A DNA stretch of 64,000 bases from Microbulbifer sp. (GTDB lineage Bacteria; Pseudomonadota; Gammaproteobacteria; Pseudomonadales; Cellvibrionaceae). Below are positions 60,520 to 64,000 of this stretch, piece by piece (position 1 is the first letter of the stretch; each line of letters opens with the position of its first letter). The notes under the pieces are model-generated. The model was not told the origin of the DNA. It made no database searches and saw only the letters and a list, made by a program, of their open reading frames with translations. The stretch spans positions 841 through 64,840 of the forward strand of contig NZ_JBOFOC010000025.1 of the NCBI RefSeq assembly GCF_051659245.1, read 5' to 3'. The position numbers were made by a program, and so were the translations under genes.

Positions 60520-60957
60520 TTACCGATAGACCCCGTCGCGGGCGGGCCGGTATTCCACGCGCAGTTGCAGTTCGTCGATGGCCACTGCCCGGCGCGCGCC
60601 CTCAGGTAACTGGAAACGGAAATACAGGGGGCGGTCCGCGGGCCGGCCACGCAGTTGCTTTCCCCGACCGCGCGGGCCCCGCAGGGGAGCGCAGCGGTCA
60701 CCCCGGCATAGCCAGGCGCGCACCGGGCCGTCGACCCGCCAGTGCCAGGAGACACTGCTGATGAACTGGCCGCGAGCGGACGGCGGCGGCTCGAGGGGCT
60801 CGCTGTCGTAGAAACGACCGGCCACCGCGGGCCGCACCGGCGCCGCCGAGGCACTCCAACTGCCCGGCGCCGCGGAAACCCAGACGGAGACGAGGGCGGC
60901 GGCGACCGACAGCCCCTGCCCGGCGAAACCCGCCGGGTCGCGGTGGAAGGCGCTCAC
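60520..60957 (-). CDS. flhE: Periplasmic flagellar protein FlhE
   Basis: GTGA overlap with the flhA stop; signal-like segment, GSWSAS, VSWHW, LC..C, LYFRF, LRVEY. Confidence 0.75.
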   Translation of the reverse strand: MSAFHRDPAGFAGQGLSVAAALVSVWVSAAPGSWSASAAPVRPAVAGRFYDSEPLEPPPSARGQFISSVSWHWRVDGPVRAWLCRGDRCAPLRGPRGRGKQLRGRPADRPLYFRFQLPEGARRAVAIDELQLRVEYRPARDGVYR

Positions 60958-63065
60958 GACGCCCCCCCCTGAACCCCGCCGATCAGGGCGGTGACCCGCA
61001 GGGTGCGGTCGTCGGGAATTTCCGCCTGGGACATGACCACCAGGTGGCGCAGCCGGCGGCGCAGGAAGTGGGCCAGCAGCGGCCGCAGGCCGTGCTGCAC
61101 CACCAGCACCGTCGGCTCGCCCGCGGTCTCCTGGCGCTCCAGGGCCGCGGCGGCCTGGGCCATCAGGGTGTCCGCCAGTCCCGGCTCCAGGGCGCCGCCA
61201 CCGTCCAGGGCCTGGCTGAGCACCTGCTCCAGTTGGCTGTCCAGGCCGATCACGCGCAACTCGTCGCGGCCGGGGAACCACTGGTGGGTGATGGCGCGGC
61301 CCAGGGCGACGCGCACCCGGGCAGTCAACTCCTGGACTGAAGAGCTGTGGGCATCACCCTGCTGGCCGCCGTGCTCCGCCAGGGTGTCGAGGATGGTGCG
61401 CAGGTCGCGGATCGGCACCTCTTCCGCCAGCAGGTTCTGCAGGATGCGCTGCAGCGCAGTGAGCGATACCGTGTTCGGCACCACCTCCTCCACCAGGTTC
61501 TTGTTCTCCCCGCCCAACCTGTCCAGCAGTTGCCGGACTTCCTGTCGGCCGAGCAGTTCGGCGGCGTGGCGGTGCAGCAGGTGGTTGAGGTGGGTGGCCA
61601 CCACCGTGCCGGCGTCCACCACCGTGTAGCCATACACCTGGGCCCGCTCCCGCTGCCCGGCGTCGATCCACACCGCCGGCAGGCCGAAGGCCGGGTCCTC
61701 GGTGGCGGTGCCCCGCACTTCCCCGGTCACCTGGCCCGGATTGATCGCCAGCCACTGCCCGGGGAAGGCCTCGCCGCGGCCCACCTCGGCGCCCTTGAGC
61801 GCAATCGCGTAGCTGTTGGCGCCGAGTTCCAGGTTGTCCCGGATGTGCACCACCGGCGGCAGAAAACCCAGGTCGCGGGCAAACTTCTTGCGCACGCTCT
61901 TGATCCGGCTCAGCAGCTCCCCCTTCTGGCGGTCATCCACCAGCGGGATCATGCGGTGGCCCACCTCCAGGCCCAGGGTGTCGATCAGCTGCACGTCGTC
62001 CCAGCTTGCCTCGGGGGCTTCCGGCTGTGGTGCCGGCCCGGCCTGGATCTGCTCCTCGGCCAGGCGGTTGTTCCCGCGCCGGGCGAGGAACCAGGCCAGG
62101 CCGGCCAGGAGCGCGGTGAACAGCAGGAACACGAAGTTGGGCATGCCCGGCACCAGGCCCAGCAGGCCCATAACACCCGCGGCCAGGAGCAGCGCCCGCG
62201 GGTTGACCAGCAGTTGCTCGATCATCTGCTGGCCCACGTCCTGGTCGGTGTTGACCCGGGACACGGTGACGCCGGCGGCGGTGGAGATCACCAGCCCCGG
62301 GATCTGCGCCACCAGGCCGTCACCGATGGTCAGCAGGGTGTAGGTGCGGGCGGCGTCGGCGAAGGACATGTCGTGCTGGAGTGTGCCGACCAGCAGGCCG
62401 CCGATGATGTTCACCCCCATGATCACCAGGCCGGCCACTGCGTCGCCGCGCACGAACTTGCTGGCGCCGTCCATGGAGCCGTAGAAGTCCGCCTCCCTCG
62501 CCACCTCGGCGCGGCGCCCCCGGGCCTCCTCCTCGCCGATCAGGCCGGCGTTGAGGTCGGCGTCGATGGCCATCTGCTTGCCGGGCATGGCGTCCAGCAT
62601 AAAGCGCGCCCCCACCTCGGCGATGCGCCCGGCGCCCTTGGTGATCACCATGAAGTTGATCACCACCAGGATCAGGAACACCACCAGGCCCACGGCGAAG
62701 TTGCCGCCCACCAGGAACTGGCCGAAGGCCTCAATCACCTTGCCGGCGGCGGCGCCCCCCTGGTGGCCCTCCATCAACACCAGCCGGGTGGAGGCCACGT
62801 TCAGCGCCAGGCGCAGCAGGGTTGTGAACAACAGCACCGCGGGGAAGGCGGCGAAGTCCAGGGCCCGCAGGGTGAACATACTGACCAGCAGCACCATCAG
62901 TGACAGCGCGATGTTGAAAGTAAAAAACAGGTCCAGCGCGAACGGCGGCAGGGGCAGGATCAGCATGGCCATGATCAGCAGGATCAGAACCGGCCCCGCC
63001 AGCACCTTGCCGCCGGCGTCGCCGAGCCAGTTGCCCGCGCCGAAATACTGACTTGTCGATTTCAC
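60954..63065 (-). CDS. flhA: Export gate protein FlhA
   Basis: FPAVLLFTTLLRLALNVASTR, DAMPGKQMAIDADL, FYGSMDGASKFVRGDA. Confidence 0.97.
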   Translation of the reverse strand: MKSTSQYFGAGNWLGDAGGKVLAGPVLILLIMAMLILPLPPFALDLFFTFNIALSLMVLLVSMFTLRALDFAAFPAVLLFTTLLRLALNVASTRLVLMEGHQGGAAAGKVIEAFGQFLVGGNFAVGLVVFLILVVINFMVITKGAGRIAEVGARFMLDAMPGKQMAIDADLNAGLIGEEEARGRRAEVAREADFYGSMDGASKFVRGDAVAGLVIMGVNIIGGLLVGTLQHDMSFADAARTYTLLTIGDGLVAQIPGLVISTAAGVTVSRVNTDQDVGQQMIEQLLVNPRALLLAAGVMGLLGLVPGMPNFVFLLFTALLAGLAWFLARRGNNRLAEEQIQAGPAPQPEAPEASWDDVQLIDTLGLEVGHRMIPLVDDRQKGELLSRIKSVRKKFARDLGFLPPVVHIRDNLELGANSYAIALKGAEVGRGEAFPGQWLAINPGQVTGEVRGTATEDPAFGLPAVWIDAGQRERAQVYGYTVVDAGTVVATHLNHLLHRHAAELLGRQEVRQLLDRLGGENKNLVEEVVPNTVSLTALQRILQNLLAEEVPIRDLRTILDTLAEHGGQQGDAHSSSVQELTARVRVALGRAITHQWFPGRDELRVIGLDSQLEQVLSQALDGGGALEPGLADTLMAQAAAALERQETAGEPTVLVVQHGLRPLLAHFLRRRLRHLVVMSQAEIPDDRTLRVTALIGGVQGGAS

Positions 63066-64000
63066 GGCGTCACCTCCAATTCTTCCGGCACAGGCAGGTC
63101 CGCCGGCATGTTGGGGATCTCTGCGCCCTCGAGACGGGCGCGACGCAGGCGCATGGCCCAGACCAGCACCTCGGCCACGGCGGCGTAGAGCGTGCCGGGG
63201 ATTTCCCGGTCCAGGTCCACGTGCCGGTACAGGGCGCGCGCCAGCGGCGGCGCCTCCAGCATCGGCACCCCATGCCCAACCCCCAGCTCGCGAATGCGCG
63301 CCGCCACCGCGTCGGCTCCCTTGGCCACCACTCGCGGGGCGGCCATACGGCTCTCGTCATAGCGCAGGGCCACGGCGTAGTGGGTGGGGTTGGTGACGAT
63401 CACGTCCGCCTCGGGCACCTTGCTCATCATGCGCTTGCGGGCCATGGCCTGCTGCTGTTGGCGAATGCGGCCCTTGAGCTGTGGGTCACCCTCAGTCTCT
63501 TTGTGCTCGCGCTTCACCTCTTCCTTGCTCATGCGCAGCTTCTTCGCGTGGCTCCACAGCTGGTAGGGCACGTCGATCAGTATCACCAGCACCAGGGCCA
63601 GTACCATCAGCGCACAGGCCTGAGCCGCCAGGCGCAGGGCGCTGGCCAGGGCTTGTTCCACCGGCCAACTCATCAGCGCCAGGAATTCGCCGCGCCGGGA
63701 CATCAGGAAGGCGGCCGCGACGCCGCCCACCAGCGCCGACTTGGCCACCGCCTTGGCCAGTTCCGCCAGCGCCTGGGAGGAGAACTGCCGCTTCAGGCCC
63801 TTGAGGGGATTGAGTTTGGACAGCTGCGGCTTCAGGGACTTGGCGGAGATCAGGAAGCCCCCCAGCAGATTGGGGGCCGCCAGCGCGATCAGCGCCAGCA
63901 GCAGGAACAGGGGGACCAGGGCGAACAAGGCGCGCGCGCCCAGATCGGTGGCGTGTCCCAGCATCGCCGCGCTGTCGAAGGCCCGGTGGCGGTCGAACAG
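63062..64000 (-). CDS. flhB: Export switch protein FlhB, 3' part (start beyond right edge)
   Basis: EVKREHKETEGDP, NPTH autocleavage motif, APRVVAKG. Confidence 0.95.
   Translation of the reverse strand: MFDRHRAFDSAAMLGHATDLGARALFALVPLFLLLALIALAAPNLLGGFLISAKSLKPQLSKLNPLKGLKRQFSSQALAELAKAVAKSALVGGVAAAFLMSRRGEFLALMSWPVEQALASALRLAAQACALMVLALVLVILIDVPYQLWSHAKKLRMSKEEVKREHKETEGDPQLKGRIRQQQQAMARKRMMSKVPEADVIVTNPTHYAVALRYDESRMAAPRVVAKGADAVAARIRELGVGHGVPMLEAPPLARALYRHVDLDREIPGTLYAAVAEVLVWAMRLRRARLEGAEIPNMPADLPVPEELEVTP

Noticed and set aside
19401-63051. Long alternative ORFs such as 19401-21164, 25700-28489, 45937-48801 and 61347-62903
   Set aside because: They overlap well-supported flagellar genes on the opposite strand, with typical shadow-frame composition.

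Overview
High-GC gammaproteobacterial chromosome segment. Housekeeping neighbours and a CBM-rich esterase suggest a Cellvibrionales, Microbulbifer-like host (inference, not database-confirmed). Left: metE (partial)/metR, cytochrome b561, deaD, tRNA-Ala(GGC), gltX. 7.4-15.9 kb: a CS1/alternate-type chaperone-usher pilus locus with a major pilin, usher, two two-domain tip-like subunits, a convergent chaperone and two paralogous 110-aa mini-pilin-like genes. The two paralogues flank a Mu-like repressor and a ner-like pseudogene split by a MITE. 16.4-64 kb: an FlhDC/FliA (enteric-style) flagellar cluster, with an ~11 kb non-flagellar block between the convergent fliR and flgL. That block holds a low-GC double beta-propeller gene, a cobalamin-riboswitch-controlled CobN-like/MotA-TolQ-like/DUF2149-like operon and a ricin-CBM35-esterase gene. 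Most notable: sigma28 promoters in front of a mini-pilin paralogue and of a stand-alone secreted TonB C-terminal domain, the orphan c/ner module, a 38-codon ORF coupling the riboswitch to the chelatase, a muramidase-less FlgJ, a degenerate EAL-HDOD protein, and composite REP elements sharing outer ends. No CRISPR array, rRNA, integrase or transposase seen.
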